Origin: an uncultured Pseudobdellovibrionaceae bacterium | GTDB lineage: Bacteria; Bdellovibrionota; Bdellovibrionia; Bdellovibrionales; UBA1609 | NCBI GenBank assembly: GCA_963803705.1 | Contig: CAWDNU010000004.1 | Coordinates: 384,001 to 448,000, forward strand | Reading direction: 5' to 3' | Length of the DNA: 64,000 nucleotides | In this document: piece by piece, positions 41,101-51,300 of the stretch | Layout of the letters: each line of letters begins with the position of its first letter | Position numbering within the stretch: the first letter of the stretch is position 1 | Position numbers and translations under genes: made by a program | Notes under the pieces: model-generated | The model's database searches: none | Seen by the model: the letters and a program-made list of their open reading frames with translations, nothing else | What the model was told of the DNA's origin: nothing

Positions 41101-44100
41101 TAATTAACAAATGGACCCGTTATAGTATTGGACCTAGAAATAATGTAGCCAGCTGCTGCGCTGACGTCGGACCAATTTAAAACTAGTTGGGTAGTTTGCA
41201 CCATTAAACTTAAGTCACCAATGGGCGCGTGGCGATACTCTACAGTGTTAGAAGCTGGAGTTTCATATCCACCCCATAAAGCCGTGACTCTAAAGTAATT
41301 TAATCCTACAGATAAAGGGGCTGAAATTATGTTTGCATTCAGCGATGTGCTAACAACTGTAAATGGGCCCAAAGGGTTAGAAGACCTATAAATATTAAAT
41401 GAATTGAAATGACTTGGGGATGTCCAAGACAGCTGAGCTCTGGCTTCTTCTTCTATATAATTTATGACTAAGTTACTAGGCAAGCTAGGATTGGTAAATG
41501 ATCGACCAGAACTAAGGGTAGAAGGATAAGCTACGTAGATGTAGTCGCCATCCCCATCTATTAAGTGTGCTTGGACATAATAGTAAGCGCCTGATCCATT
41601 GGGACTTGTATCCGCAAAATTTCTTGATGAAATATTGTTAGCTATTTTTGTAAAGGTTCCATCGGGATCTGTGGATTTAAAAACATCATATTTCAAATCA
41701 CCCGAGAAAAATCCTGAAGGAACATTTGGAGCATTCCAGCTTAAGTTAATACTTGCGTCACCTGGTCTAACTGTTAAGTTCGGAGCATCGGACGAGTAAA
41801 AACCGTACAACTGAAATTCACCACTTACGCCAGATCCCCAATCGGTTGCCAATTTATAATAATAAATATTATTCGAATTAAAACTACAGTCATTATAAAA
41901 AGTTGTGGACACGGTAGCAATAGTATTTGTAGTGCCCTTATTGTTTCCTCGATAAACTCTAAAGCTTTCGAAATAAGGGGGGGCAGTCCATGCGGCCCTT
42001 ACTCCTCTTGAACCAGAGCACTGCTCTGAGCTGCTCACAGGTGTTATAGTAAAATTGATAGGCGGGCTAGGAATTTGTTTTGGGGTGGCCGTCACAATAT
42101 TAGACTGCATACTTTCACCAGCGGGGTTACTTGCAACAACGTAGTAATAGTAGGTTTGGTTATTAGTTAAACTTTGGTCTCTGTAGGATGTTGTCGATGT
42201 GCTAACAGACAAATCGGTAAAAGGGCCACCAAATTGTATGGACCTAAACAACCTATAAGTCATGTTTTGAGGAAAGCCACTCCAAGATAAATTTACCTCG
42301 GCATCAGAAATAACAGCTGACAAACTATTGATTTGAACAGGGTTTGGGGCTGTCACTAAAATTGAAACTTCAGAGGAATTTTGACTTCGACCTGTAGAAT
42401 TATTTGAATACACTCTATAAAAGTAAGTTGTGTTATCAGAAACCTGAAGGTCAGTAAAATTGTTAGAAATTTGTGAGCCACTGATTAAGGTAAATGGACC
42501 ACCCGAAGATAAGCTTCGTTCTACATTATACATAGGCGCAGGGTTAGAAAATGTGTCTGGAAACCAATTGATTCGAACCGTTCCATTTACATTTAATGTC
42601 GCTGTTATATTTGAAGGCGGTAAGTTGTAGTGTGTGAAGTTTGTTAGAAACCTGCAAGCAGAGCGTGTTCCAACTTCATTAATTGTTTGGCCATATATTG
42701 AAGTTAGTTGGTTCAAAGCTAAAGTCACAGGCACACCTGTTGAGGTAAGTAAGCTAGGGTTATGATTAGAAATCAAGTTTGAACAACTAGAATTAGAAAA
42801 AATTCCTAACCCAACCCTATTCATAAAATCTGTGCTAAAGCCATAGGATCCGCGAATCAAAATATTTGGACTGTAAGAAGGTGAACCTGGGTTCGTCGAT
42901 AAAAAATTCGGCACCGCTGGCACTAAATTATTGAAAGTATAGAAAGTTAAAAAGGTGCAATCACTCGCATTACCAGCATCATCAAAGGCGCGGGCATAAA
43001 TTGAACTTTCAGCGTTTTCCGCTACATTGATCAAAATACCCGCGGTCTCAAACTGTGCAGGAGTTCCTTCACCAAGCTTACTTACGCAAGACATGCTGTC
43101 ATAAAAATCTACTCTTGTAGGTTGAAGTTGACTAGTAGGCTTCATTAAAGACTGACCTAAAATTGTTGGAGCAGAAGACTGATTGTTAGGCGAAATTGGA
43201 GTAGTAGATGTAAAGGTCGGATTTTCTGGAGGAACCGTATTATGAATATAGTTTGTAAGAAAAACGCAAGACGAGTAGTTCCCAAAAACATCTAAAGCGC
43301 GCCCATAGAGTGCATTTGTTGAATTTTGAGGTAGTGTAACTATAACCCCAGAAGATGTAAACTGACCCCTTGATCCCGAACCTATTTGCATCGGCCCAGA
43401 ACAAATATTGTCTCTGTAGATGATCACTGATGCGATGCTTGAGTCAGCTGTGCCTAGTACTGAAGGCGTAAAAGATCCACTTGATGGTGATGCTGGAAAA
43501 GTTGAAACAAAAACTGGGTTTGGTGCAGGGTTCGCAGAGTGAGCGTAGCTTGCGTGAAAGAAACATGCAGATACGTTGCCCTCTAGATCTTTTACTTGCA
43601 CGTAAATAGGAGTAGTATCATTGGCTTCAGCAGTGATTAAGATACCAGATCCTTCGTAATCATCGGTCATCCCTTGGCCAATTTGTAGAGTGCATGATTC
43701 ATTCTTAAAAAAAGTAAGTTCTACTGTTCTGTTAGAAGCATCACCCTTTATTATTGGTGTCGTGGTGATGTTCGACGGTGAATTCGGAGTCAAAGATGTA
43801 AAAACTGGGCTGTCAGGAGCAAAGGTATTGTGGACGTAAGTAGTTAAACTGTCGCAGGTAGTTGTGTTTCCTGCAGCGTCGAAAGCTTTTCCAAAAATAG
43901 ACGTGGTATCATTATCTCTTACATTAACAACAACGCCGTTCGAATTATAGTCTACTCGGCTACCTGAACCGATCACATTTAGACAAAGCGATGAGTCATA
44001 AAAAACAATAGATTCAGTGTCACTACTGGCAAATCCTAGCATTTTAGGAAGAGTGGTCTGATTGGTCGGAGACACAGGATCGGCTGAGTTAAAAACCAAG

Positions 44101-45077
44101 TTTTGTGGCGAAATATCATCATGAGTGTAAGTAGTCAGTAAAGCACATAAAGAAGGCTCACCCATGCTGTCGACTGATTTTGCATAAAGCGTCGTAGTGC
44201 GATTTGCTCCTACAGTGATTTGATAGCCATCGTTAAGAAATGTAACAGGATCTCCGGCTGCAAGTTCGGTTTGGCAACCCGAATCCGAATACAGTGAAAC
44301 AGAAACTGAACTGGCATCTGAAGACACTCTGACCACAGGTGTTGTACTTTGGTTACTTGGTGATTCAGGGGTTAACGATACTAATTCAGGAAATGGGCTA
44401 AAGGCGTTCGAGTGGGCGAAGTCGGTCATAAATGTACAAGCCGATGGAGTGCCAAGAGGATCTAAGGTGCTGGCATAAATAGATGTTGTATTATTCGCAT
44501 TAACTGGCACGGCAATACCTATCTGAGAAAAGTCATTTGCCGACCCGCTGGATAGTGCAACAGAGCAATTTAGGTCGCTAAAGAATCTAATCGTGGCAGA
44601 AATTGGTAGGGCCTGTCCAAAAAGCCCTGGGGTTGTAGTCACTCGTGACGGCGACATAGGTGAAACGGCTGTAAATACAGGAGCACTCGGGATTAGAGCT
44701 GGATTAGAATAGGACTGTAAGAAAATGCACTTGCCAACAACTTGGGATTTTGCATATAGATCAACTGCTACATTAACTTCGACTTGTACCAAGGCACCTT
44801 GAGACTTAAAATTATTTACCAAAGACTGCCCGATCACAGAGCTTGAACAATCATCGTTGGTGTAAAAATCCAATCGATCAAGATTCACGTATTTCGTCCC
44901 ACTGGTTTCACCCAAAATACGAAGCTGAACAAAGGTCGAATTGTAATCAATAACTTCTATAGAACTTACTGAAAGTGATGAGCCAGAAGAATCAGACGCA
45001 CGTTTGCCCTCTTGACACCCCGTCAAAAAAAACAAAATCACAATAAATTCTTTTAACAAATTACGTTCCACAAACAC
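38163..45077 (-). CDS. Giant surface lipoprotein: 7-8 disulfide Ig-like repeats, about 12 fibronectin type III domains, C-terminal beta domain
   Basis: LTGC lipobox; repeats P.F....P.SP...TP...C...D..GN.S.C; Fn3 W...Y.VYRS...Y.Y.V.A. Confidence 0.85.
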   Translation of the reverse strand: MFVERNLLKEFIVILFFLTGCQEGKRASDSSGSSLSVSSIEVIDYNSTFVQLRILGETSGTKYVNLDRLDFYTNDDCSSSVIGQSLVNNFKSQGALVQVEVNVAVDLYAKSQVVGKCIFLQSYSNPALIPSAPVFTAVSPMSPSRVTTTPGLFGQALPISATIRFFSDLNCSVALSSGSANDFSQIGIAVPVNANNTTSIYASTLDPLGTPSACTFMTDFAHSNAFSPFPELVSLTPESPSNQSTTPVVRVSSDASSVSVSLYSDSGCQTELAAGDPVTFLNDGYQITVGANRTTTLYAKSVDSMGEPSLCALLTTYTHDDISPQNLVFNSADPVSPTNQTTLPKMLGFASSDTESIVFYDSSLCLNVIGSGSRVDYNSNGVVVNVRDNDTTSIFGKAFDAAGNTTTCDSLTTYVHNTFAPDSPVFTSLTPNSPSNITTTPIIKGDASNRTVELTFFKNESCTLQIGQGMTDDYEGSGILITAEANDTTPIYVQVKDLEGNVSACFFHASYAHSANPAPNPVFVSTFPASPSSGSFTPSVLGTADSSIASVIIYRDNICSGPMQIGSGSRGQFTSSGVIVTLPQNSTNALYGRALDVFGNYSSCVFLTNYIHNTVPPENPTFTSTTPISPNNQSSAPTILGQSLMKPTSQLQPTRVDFYDSMSCVSKLGEGTPAQFETAGILINVAENAESSIYARAFDDAGNASDCTFLTFYTFNNLVPAVPNFLSTNPGSPSYSPNILIRGSYGFSTDFMNRVGLGIFSNSSCSNLISNHNPSLLTSTGVPVTLALNQLTSIYGQTINEVGTRSACRFLTNFTHYNLPPSNITATLNVNGTVRINWFPDTFSNPAPMYNVERSLSSGGPFTLISGSQISNNFTDLQVSDNTTYFYRVYSNNSTGRSQNSSEVSILVTAPNPVQINSLSAVISDAEVNLSWSGFPQNMTYRLFRSIQFGGPFTDLSVSTSTTSYRDQSLTNNQTYYYYVVASNPAGESMQSNIVTATPKQIPSPPINFTITPVSSSEQCSGSRGVRAAWTAPPYFESFRVYRGNNKGTTNTIATVSTTFYNDCSFNSNNIYYYKLATDWGSGVSGEFQLYGFYSSDAPNLTVRPGDASINLSWNAPNVPSGFFSGDLKYDVFKSTDPDGTFTKIANNISSRNFADTSPNGSGAYYYVQAHLIDGDGDYIYVAYPSTLSSGRSFTNPSLPSNLVINYIEEEARAQLSWTSPSHFNSFNIYRSSNPLGPFTVVSTSLNANIISAPLSVGLNYFRVTALWGGYETPASNTVEYRHAPIGDLSLMVQTTQLVLNWSDVSAAAGYIISRSNTITGPFVNYDTSVSSTYSDTGVVTNTGYYYKVRARFSDLTEGKKSNVVTGQRSDSTRPSNVSVTVTGNTSAVINWPSVSGATSYQVFKALNFSGPFTLVSNSLSTTRNVFGLSPQTEHFFKVRAIIGMSFSDSDVVSAYTFGLPQQPAGTVGNNQVQVFWSAVGGAISYDLLRSTDGVNFSTIATNYSMTNFTDLAATNGQIYFYKVIAHFGVLDKESPVSLGFSPGIIPLAPSNLNAENNNTGTEIVLTWSEISNRNSFNVYMSTTSGSYGAPIQSSNTSSGTRITGLTNGTTYFFRVTALNGSNESPASNEVKIIPSLRPDKPKAQFLSANEVRVNWDATLGATTYDILRSTNGVTFQKIATNLTALTHTDLVVDPSLTYFYKYQPFNASGTEMSVSQISDPINLSVVPEVPRALYAVINSNSSLTLHWSAVPNIKNYQLLRSTVKGGPYAQIALPTSGDVNFNDTTVTSGASYYYVIRSTNSSGVMSANSNEVGVILVSGPASLTAVNGSNSIDLNWNSLAGVASYNILRSKSITGPFGVVGTASILSYQDTDLISDTTYHYRVEGVYADGRKTLSSNVVSILRDGSLKLQVPIELTDTPMSSSSITDLAFERSQTTFNVSDYDGITSYQIEVIAQNADSVSRAVVIVDSSDAVVDSINVPANTLDFTRFKSTISGFTGKDIYRVQLEQTTSDGELSVLTAKLLVNQTNATKTKIYYPLISSLVSPSNTDSDIYASSTNQNIYNDYSSSSRWIKNSNLLSKISNFNGWTLEAVVSTDGGAEGQIALQNVGNSQIVPFTETRFTDTSLRLAEVPFNEGVQHFDSANNGQRYRLVMRCEFYCSSGQVKVHKAGLWVKLTNLSKASVAYRITNQKDFTSSDTTYFDEKVQIDSNQFLAPKFYFQALVEDNGFSDGLVSLQYHNQNSGSMNLIDLGLSERSVNSDNITLYVSPELTGFPVNQNFVTKVSPSAGNLTLKQSSIRVDVGL

Positions 45078-45144
45078 CTTGAATTAAAACTTTTACTATT
45101 TATGCCAATCTCACTGATAAATTCCCCACGAGTCAAAGGCTGTA

Positions 45145-48100
45145 TCACTGTCCTACTATTATCTTCATCACTGCATTAATATCGTCTAAAACTGTAATAT
45201 CTAATTTTTCATCATTGTTAACGTCATCCACAAGCAAAGCATTTGTGCTTAGTCCCGTTGGCAAAGTTTGATTACTTGAAAAATCACCCGTAAAAGAACC
45301 AAACAGCAGAGTCAAAGTTTGATCAGTCCCATTTCCGACTGCCAAATCCAGACGTCCGTTAGAGTTAAAATCACCTTTCACCAAACCGTTGGGTGATGAG
45401 CCTGCAAAAAAACTTAAAGTTGGTTCAAATTTTCCATCGCCTTTCCCTTTCAAAATACTTACTGATGAAGACAGGCTATTTGAAACTGCAAGGTCCAAGA
45501 ATCCATCTGAATTTAAAAAACCAGAAACGATTCCATTAGGTCCTGATTGCACAGTGGATAGAGAAGTTAAAAAACCGCCACTGCCATTAGACAACATTGT
45601 CGTGATAGTACCGTCAGATTGATTAACGACAGCTGCGTCTAAAATAAAGTCCTCGTTAAAGTCACCAGTTGTTATATGTGTCGGTTGCGCCCCCACTGAA
45701 GTGAAGGAAGAAGCACCAAAATTTCCATCGCCAACTCCAGGATAAAAATAAACCCGGTTTTGGCCGCTGGACGTCGCTAAAATATCTTCATGTCCATCTT
45801 TGTTAAAATCGCCATGCACCAGGGATGTGGGCTGTAAACCGGCACCGTAACTGTTGCCTGGGGTAAATACAGCGCTACCTTGACCGATAAAAACTCTGAT
45901 AGCGTTACCACCATTTAATACTGTGACGATGTCAAGAATTCCATCCTCATCCAGATCTACAAAAGTAACGTCAGTAGGACTGTTTCCAACCACTATGTTT
46001 CCATTCGCTGAAAAGAGCCCGCCGCCATTACCCATGTAAAACGAAATCAATCCAGCTGAGCGACTTACAACTGCCTTGTCTAGGATTCCATCTGCATTTA
46101 AATCTGCGCTTATCACCTTCACCGGTCCACTAGCAACTGAAGTTACAAAGCCAAGTCGGCCATTAGACTGTCCAGGTAAAACTTGGAACTTAGATTCGCC
46201 ACTTGAAACCACAAGCACATCATTTAGAGTGTCAGAATTAAAATCACCAGTAGAAATATTAATTGGATTTATTAAAGTTTGTATTGGTTGCTGAACATTA
46301 AATCCACCATTATTTAATCCATAAAGAACCGAAACTGTGCTGTCCCCAATATTTGCAATAATTAGATCCGCAATATTATCAGCGTTTAAGTCAGTGGGTT
46401 TAACTGCGATAGGGCTTAAACCTGTAGGCGTATCTATAGCCAAATCAAAACTGTCATTCTGTAAATTTAAGAAAACTGAAACAGTATTATCAATATTATT
46501 GGTGACAATAATATCTAAAAAGTTATCGCTATTTATTTTACCCACTTCAATGTCCGAAGGTGCAGAACCAGTGCCGTAAACATCTTGGGTTTGAAAGGTT
46601 CCATTGCCGTTATTTATAAAAACACTCATTGTATTGTCAGTTGAATTTAGTACTGCAATATCATCAAATGAGTCATTATTAAAATCACCGACCACACTTT
46701 TAGTAGGTGCCTGTCCGGTGCTATAGATTGCTGGCGCCTGGAAGGTACCACTACTGTTTCCCATACGAACTGCAATCACATTGGCTGCCACTGAAACAAT
46801 GACTGTATCTAGATATGCATCTGCATTAAAGCGCCCTGTAGATATAGAAACTGGAAAATTTTCAAAACTGCTTACAGCTGTATTTTGTGGCGGATCAAAA
46901 GCACCGTTACCTCGACCAGCTAAAAACGAGTACTGTCCGCTTCCACTACCTGTACAGGTCATTATAAGATCCATATTGGCATCACTGTTAAATAATCCGT
47001 AGCTCATACTAGAGGGGCTATTACAAAGCCCATTGATTTTTGGAGGACTAGCAAATAAACCGTTTCCTTGCCCAAGCTTCACACTGACTGAAGGTTCTCC
47101 TTTATTTAAGACCAACACATCTGAAAATCCGTCATTGTTAAAGTCAGCAACTACAGCGTCGTCAGGACTGTTACCAATCTGAAAATTTAAATCAAAAGAT
47201 CCAGAATTTCTAGACTGGCTTAATAGTAAAAATCTAGCCTTAGCGTTTCCAGTTCCAGCTAGATCAGGTAATAATCCTGTTAGTGGTAAAACTGATACGT
47301 AAGACCTGTTGGCGGTGTAGCCCTGAATCACCGAGACGGTAGCTAGGCCACTAGCGTTAGTAGTGCGATTAAGGTTACCAATCAAATGGACATCACCTGA
47401 CGTATTTTGAAAAACCAAAGGGAAATTACTTACTCCGTTTCCAAACCGGTCAGCAACTTTTATTACAAGTGGCTCTGAAAAACTTTGACCAACGTAAGAA
47501 GATTGATTGTCACCATTTACAGTAGGAAATTCAAAGTGATCAGGTACGTCAGCTAAAACTTGAACATTTATATTCCGAGTGAAGCCTTGATTGTCAGTGA
47601 CTCTTAAAACATCTGTTACGCCAGCAGTTGTTCCTGCGGTGTAGGTCCTTATTCCTGCATTATAAGTTGCACCTGATGGGTTTGCTGTAAATTGCACATT
47701 GTAAGGTGGTGTGCCACCTGTGATGCTAAATACTTCATCAGAATTTACCGCAACTTGGGGGTTAGCTGGAATTACATTTAAAGAAAGCTTCTGCCAAACA
47801 AAATTAGCGCTCGCCTGATTTCCAGCCTGGTCAGTCTGGCGAACTTCAATATTGTAGTTGGCGTCTACAAATTTTGGAAGATTGATACTAAATCTGGAGC
47901 TTGCACATTTAACACTTCCAGCACCATCTAAATGCAAACTAATAGTTGCTCCGTTTTCGCATCCTCCGGTAATATTTAGCACGGCTTCACTTGAACTGTA
48001 TGGATTTCCGATCGGATTTGTTATAGAGGGAACAGAAACACTAGTCTTTCTGTTCCAGACAAATACTGCTGGTGAAGATATTTTACCTGCAACATCTTGG

Positions 48101-48396
48101 GTGATAGAAAAGGTGTAAGTCCCATCAATACTTGCTAACAGATCAAACGAATATTCGGAAGCTTCGCAATCAACCTGGGCGGATTGATTTCCACTTAAAA
48201 TAACTCGACTGTCGGTTTGACAAAGCCCTTGAATATTTAAATTTGAACCTTGCGAGTAAAATGGATTGCTTGTAGGCATAGAGATAGTGGGCTGGCCAAT
48301 ACTTGGCCCTAAACTACCCGATTTTACATCTAAGTTACCTTTACAACCGGGCAGGACTAAAATAGCTAAAAGTGAAAGTAATAAATAATTTAACAT
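45145..48396 (-). CDS. Surface lipoprotein with Ig-like stalk and 14 FG-GAP/VCBS repeats
   Basis: LPGC lipobox; 14 GDFNxDGxxD-type Ca-binding motifs counted. Confidence 0.88.
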   Translation of the reverse strand: MLNYLLLSLLAILVLPGCKGNLDVKSGSLGPSIGQPTISMPTSNPFYSQGSNLNIQGLCQTDSRVILSGNQSAQVDCEASEYSFDLLASIDGTYTFSITQDVAGKISSPAVFVWNRKTSVSVPSITNPIGNPYSSSEAVLNITGGCENGATISLHLDGAGSVKCASSRFSINLPKFVDANYNIEVRQTDQAGNQASANFVWQKLSLNVIPANPQVAVNSDEVFSITGGTPPYNVQFTANPSGATYNAGIRTYTAGTTAGVTDVLRVTDNQGFTRNINVQVLADVPDHFEFPTVNGDNQSSYVGQSFSEPLVIKVADRFGNGVSNFPLVFQNTSGDVHLIGNLNRTTNASGLATVSVIQGYTANRSYVSVLPLTGLLPDLAGTGNAKARFLLLSQSRNSGSFDLNFQIGNSPDDAVVADFNNDGFSDVLVLNKGEPSVSVKLGQGNGLFASPPKINGLCNSPSSMSYGLFNSDANMDLIMTCTGSGSGQYSFLAGRGNGAFDPPQNTAVSSFENFPVSISTGRFNADAYLDTVIVSVAANVIAVRMGNSSGTFQAPAIYSTGQAPTKSVVGDFNNDSFDDIAVLNSTDNTMSVFINNGNGTFQTQDVYGTGSAPSDIEVGKINSDNFLDIIVTNNIDNTVSVFLNLQNDSFDLAIDTPTGLSPIAVKPTDLNADNIADLIIANIGDSTVSVLYGLNNGGFNVQQPIQTLINPINISTGDFNSDTLNDVLVVSSGESKFQVLPGQSNGRLGFVTSVASGPVKVISADLNADGILDKAVVSRSAGLISFYMGNGGGLFSANGNIVVGNSPTDVTFVDLDEDGILDIVTVLNGGNAIRVFIGQGSAVFTPGNSYGAGLQPTSLVHGDFNKDGHEDILATSSGQNRVYFYPGVGDGNFGASSFTSVGAQPTHITTGDFNEDFILDAAVVNQSDGTITTMLSNGSGGFLTSLSTVQSGPNGIVSGFLNSDGFLDLAVSNSLSSSVSILKGKGDGKFEPTLSFFAGSSPNGLVKGDFNSNGRLDLAVGNGTDQTLTLLFGSFTGDFSSNQTLPTGLSTNALLVDDVNNDEKLDITVLDDINAVMKIIVGQ

Positions 48397-48397
48397 T

Positions 48398-51300
48398 CTA
48401 TTTAGGCACCCTAACGACTCGGTTTGCGTCGCCGTCAGTCACATAAAGATAATTTGCATCGCCTGAAATCATGCCGCGAATGCCGCTCCATTGCCCAAGT
48501 AAAACTCCACTTGCTATACGCCCACCTTGACACCAACCGGGTGTAGAAGCGGTCGCTCCAACACAACCTGGGTCACCGCCGGTTGGTGGAACGCTAGAAG
48601 AAATTCCACCTTTCCAACCTACCATGTTACCAGTGGCTTTATCCATTTTCCACAAACTCATTCCATCACTTTCTCTTTGGCACGGGTAAGAGTTTAAGCC
48701 ATAAATAAAGTTTGTGTCGACCCAAATACTTATTGGTCTAGAACAGTCAGAACTATTTCCTACGTTATTAACGTTGGTGCGACCAGTCTCCCAAGTATTA
48801 CTATATTGACCAGTGTCTTCTCTTGTTCTGGCAGCAGAATGAAAGGTACCGTTGTTAATATTGAATCTATCAACTCGGTTGTTTCTTGTGTTAGTAACAA
48901 ATAGAAATACTCCATCAGTGTGGATGCTTGACGTTTCATTGCTGTTTTCGAAAAAAAATCCCCCACCATTATCACTTCTGGTTGTTCCTGCTCGTGACGT
49001 TCCACCAAAGCACCAGCCAGTAGTTCCAGAATAAGGCTCGTAACCGTTAGCGATATTGTAGTCCCCGTTAGAGGCAACACCACACCCAGACGTTGGATTA
49101 GAATTTACTCGCCCAATCCATCCTTCAAAATTACCAGTGGTTGCATTGTACTTAGAGACCCTATGGTTTGAAATATCGATTACAAAAAGCGAACCCGCAT
49201 AGTAGGTCATGCCCCCAGGACTATTTAGCATTCCGTCTTCAGACCCGCTAGTGCTTCTACCACCAAAACACCAACCTGGGGTAAATGTACCTGATGATGC
49301 TCCCGAACAACCTGCAGCTCCGCCGGTTGGGCTTGAACCACTACTAGTACTAATTCGACCGATCCAACCGCCATAACTTCCACTATCAACCCGGAATCTT
49401 TGGATACGGTGTAAACTGTTATCAGTGATATATAACCAAGTACCATCTGAAGCTAAACCTTGTGGTCTATACATAATTCCATCTACTAAATCATCTATTA
49501 GGTTATTATCGTTCCATGTAAACGTTGGGTAACTACTGGCCCCTAAACACCAACTTGGTGATGGACCCATAGCATTTGCAGATAAGCATCCTGCTGTCTG
49601 ACCACCGGTTGGAACAGATGTGATACCACCTATCCATCCCACTAACTGACCAGTATTTTTACTAATCTTTTTAACCCTAGATCCTTCTCTTTCAGTTACG
49701 AATAAAAAATCCCCAACTACCAGTGAACCCACAGGACTGTACATTGAGTTGTCATCTAACCCATAAAACTCTGCAGGTTTAGTCCTGTCGGATGTCCATG
49801 TTTTAGGGCTTTTGCTTTCTAAACCAATAGCCCCTTGGTAGACACCTGTTGCCGTACTAAATTTTTTCAGCATTGCAAATTCACGACTGATTGCTAAAAA
49901 TGAACCCGCACCATCAAATGCAATACCGTAATTATTTAGAAATGATCTTTCACCTAATCCTGGTTTATGGGATCCACCCAAACACCAACCCGGTGTATTA
50001 TCATTGGGCTGAAGACTACTACATCCTGCATTTCCCGACATACCGGAATTGTTAGACACTTTACCCATCCAAGATTCGATCAACCCTGTTGTACCGACTT
50101 TCAAAATTCTTTCATCGTCAGAAACATAAAAATAAGTACCGTCGAACGAAAACTGCTGGGGATTAGTCCAGGTAAAGTTCAAATTAGGAAGTCTTTCTAC
50201 AAAAGCGCCAGTGTCTTTATTATACCGGTTAATAACACCACCATCACCACTGTTTAATACATACATATTTGTGCCGTTGATAATAATGTCTCTGGCTTCT
50301 CTTACGCCACCTTGAACACCACTCTGGCTTCTAGCATTTACTGATTTGTAACTACCACCAAAACACCAACCTGGTGTCAGTTGATCTCTCGAGCTTAGGG
50401 TGCAACCTGCAGAACCGCTACTAGGTGTATTGTCAACCATACCAATCCAACCTTGAAATGCACCTGTGGTTTTATTGTATCTTAAAACCGCACCAGCAAC
50501 GCCAACATATAAAAACGTGTTGTCTATTTCTAAACCTTGAGGGTTTAGCATGCGGCCATCACCAACTCTACTATCATTGTTTGTTTGGTTTCCACCAATA
50601 CACCAGCCCGGTGTAACAGCGCCGTTACTGACAGATGTACAACCTGCGGCCCCACCAGTGCCTGTACCACTTGGCGTAGAGTTATTAACTTGCCCAATCC
50701 AACCATCAAATGCACCGGTGTCTACTCTATGCCTTGTGACGGAATCACCACTAACATTAGAGACATATACATAGGTGTCATCAGAAACTAAACCCCAGGG
50801 TTGATAAAGTCCACCAGTAGTCGTAGATCCTGTGGCTCTTGAACGTCCACCTACACACCAACCAGGTAGGTCCTGATTATCATTTGTGGAAATACAAAGT
50901 GCATTACTAGGCACCGGCTGCTTACTTCCATTCGACCCGATGCCATTTTCTTTAAGCATTCTACCAATCCAGCCACGATATTCTAAATTCTGATAGTCAT
51001 ACTTAATAATTCTATGGGCATCTGCATCTGCAACAAATAGAAATTGTTTATTTGGAGTGAAGGCAATTTGTTGCGCTCCGCGAATACCATCATATCTTGC
51101 AGAAACAGGCTTTAAGCCCATTCTAAAAGGAAGTAGGTTTCCACCAGCGTCTTCTTGGGTCGAATCAGTCCCTAACCAACCCCAGTCACCAATTACTGAC
51201 CAAGCCTGTGTGGCAGGAGTCAATACAGCTGCGTTATCAGTAGCGGTTAAAGTCAAAGGCGCCTCTGGATACTGACCTTTAAAATAAAAAGTTTTTGAGC

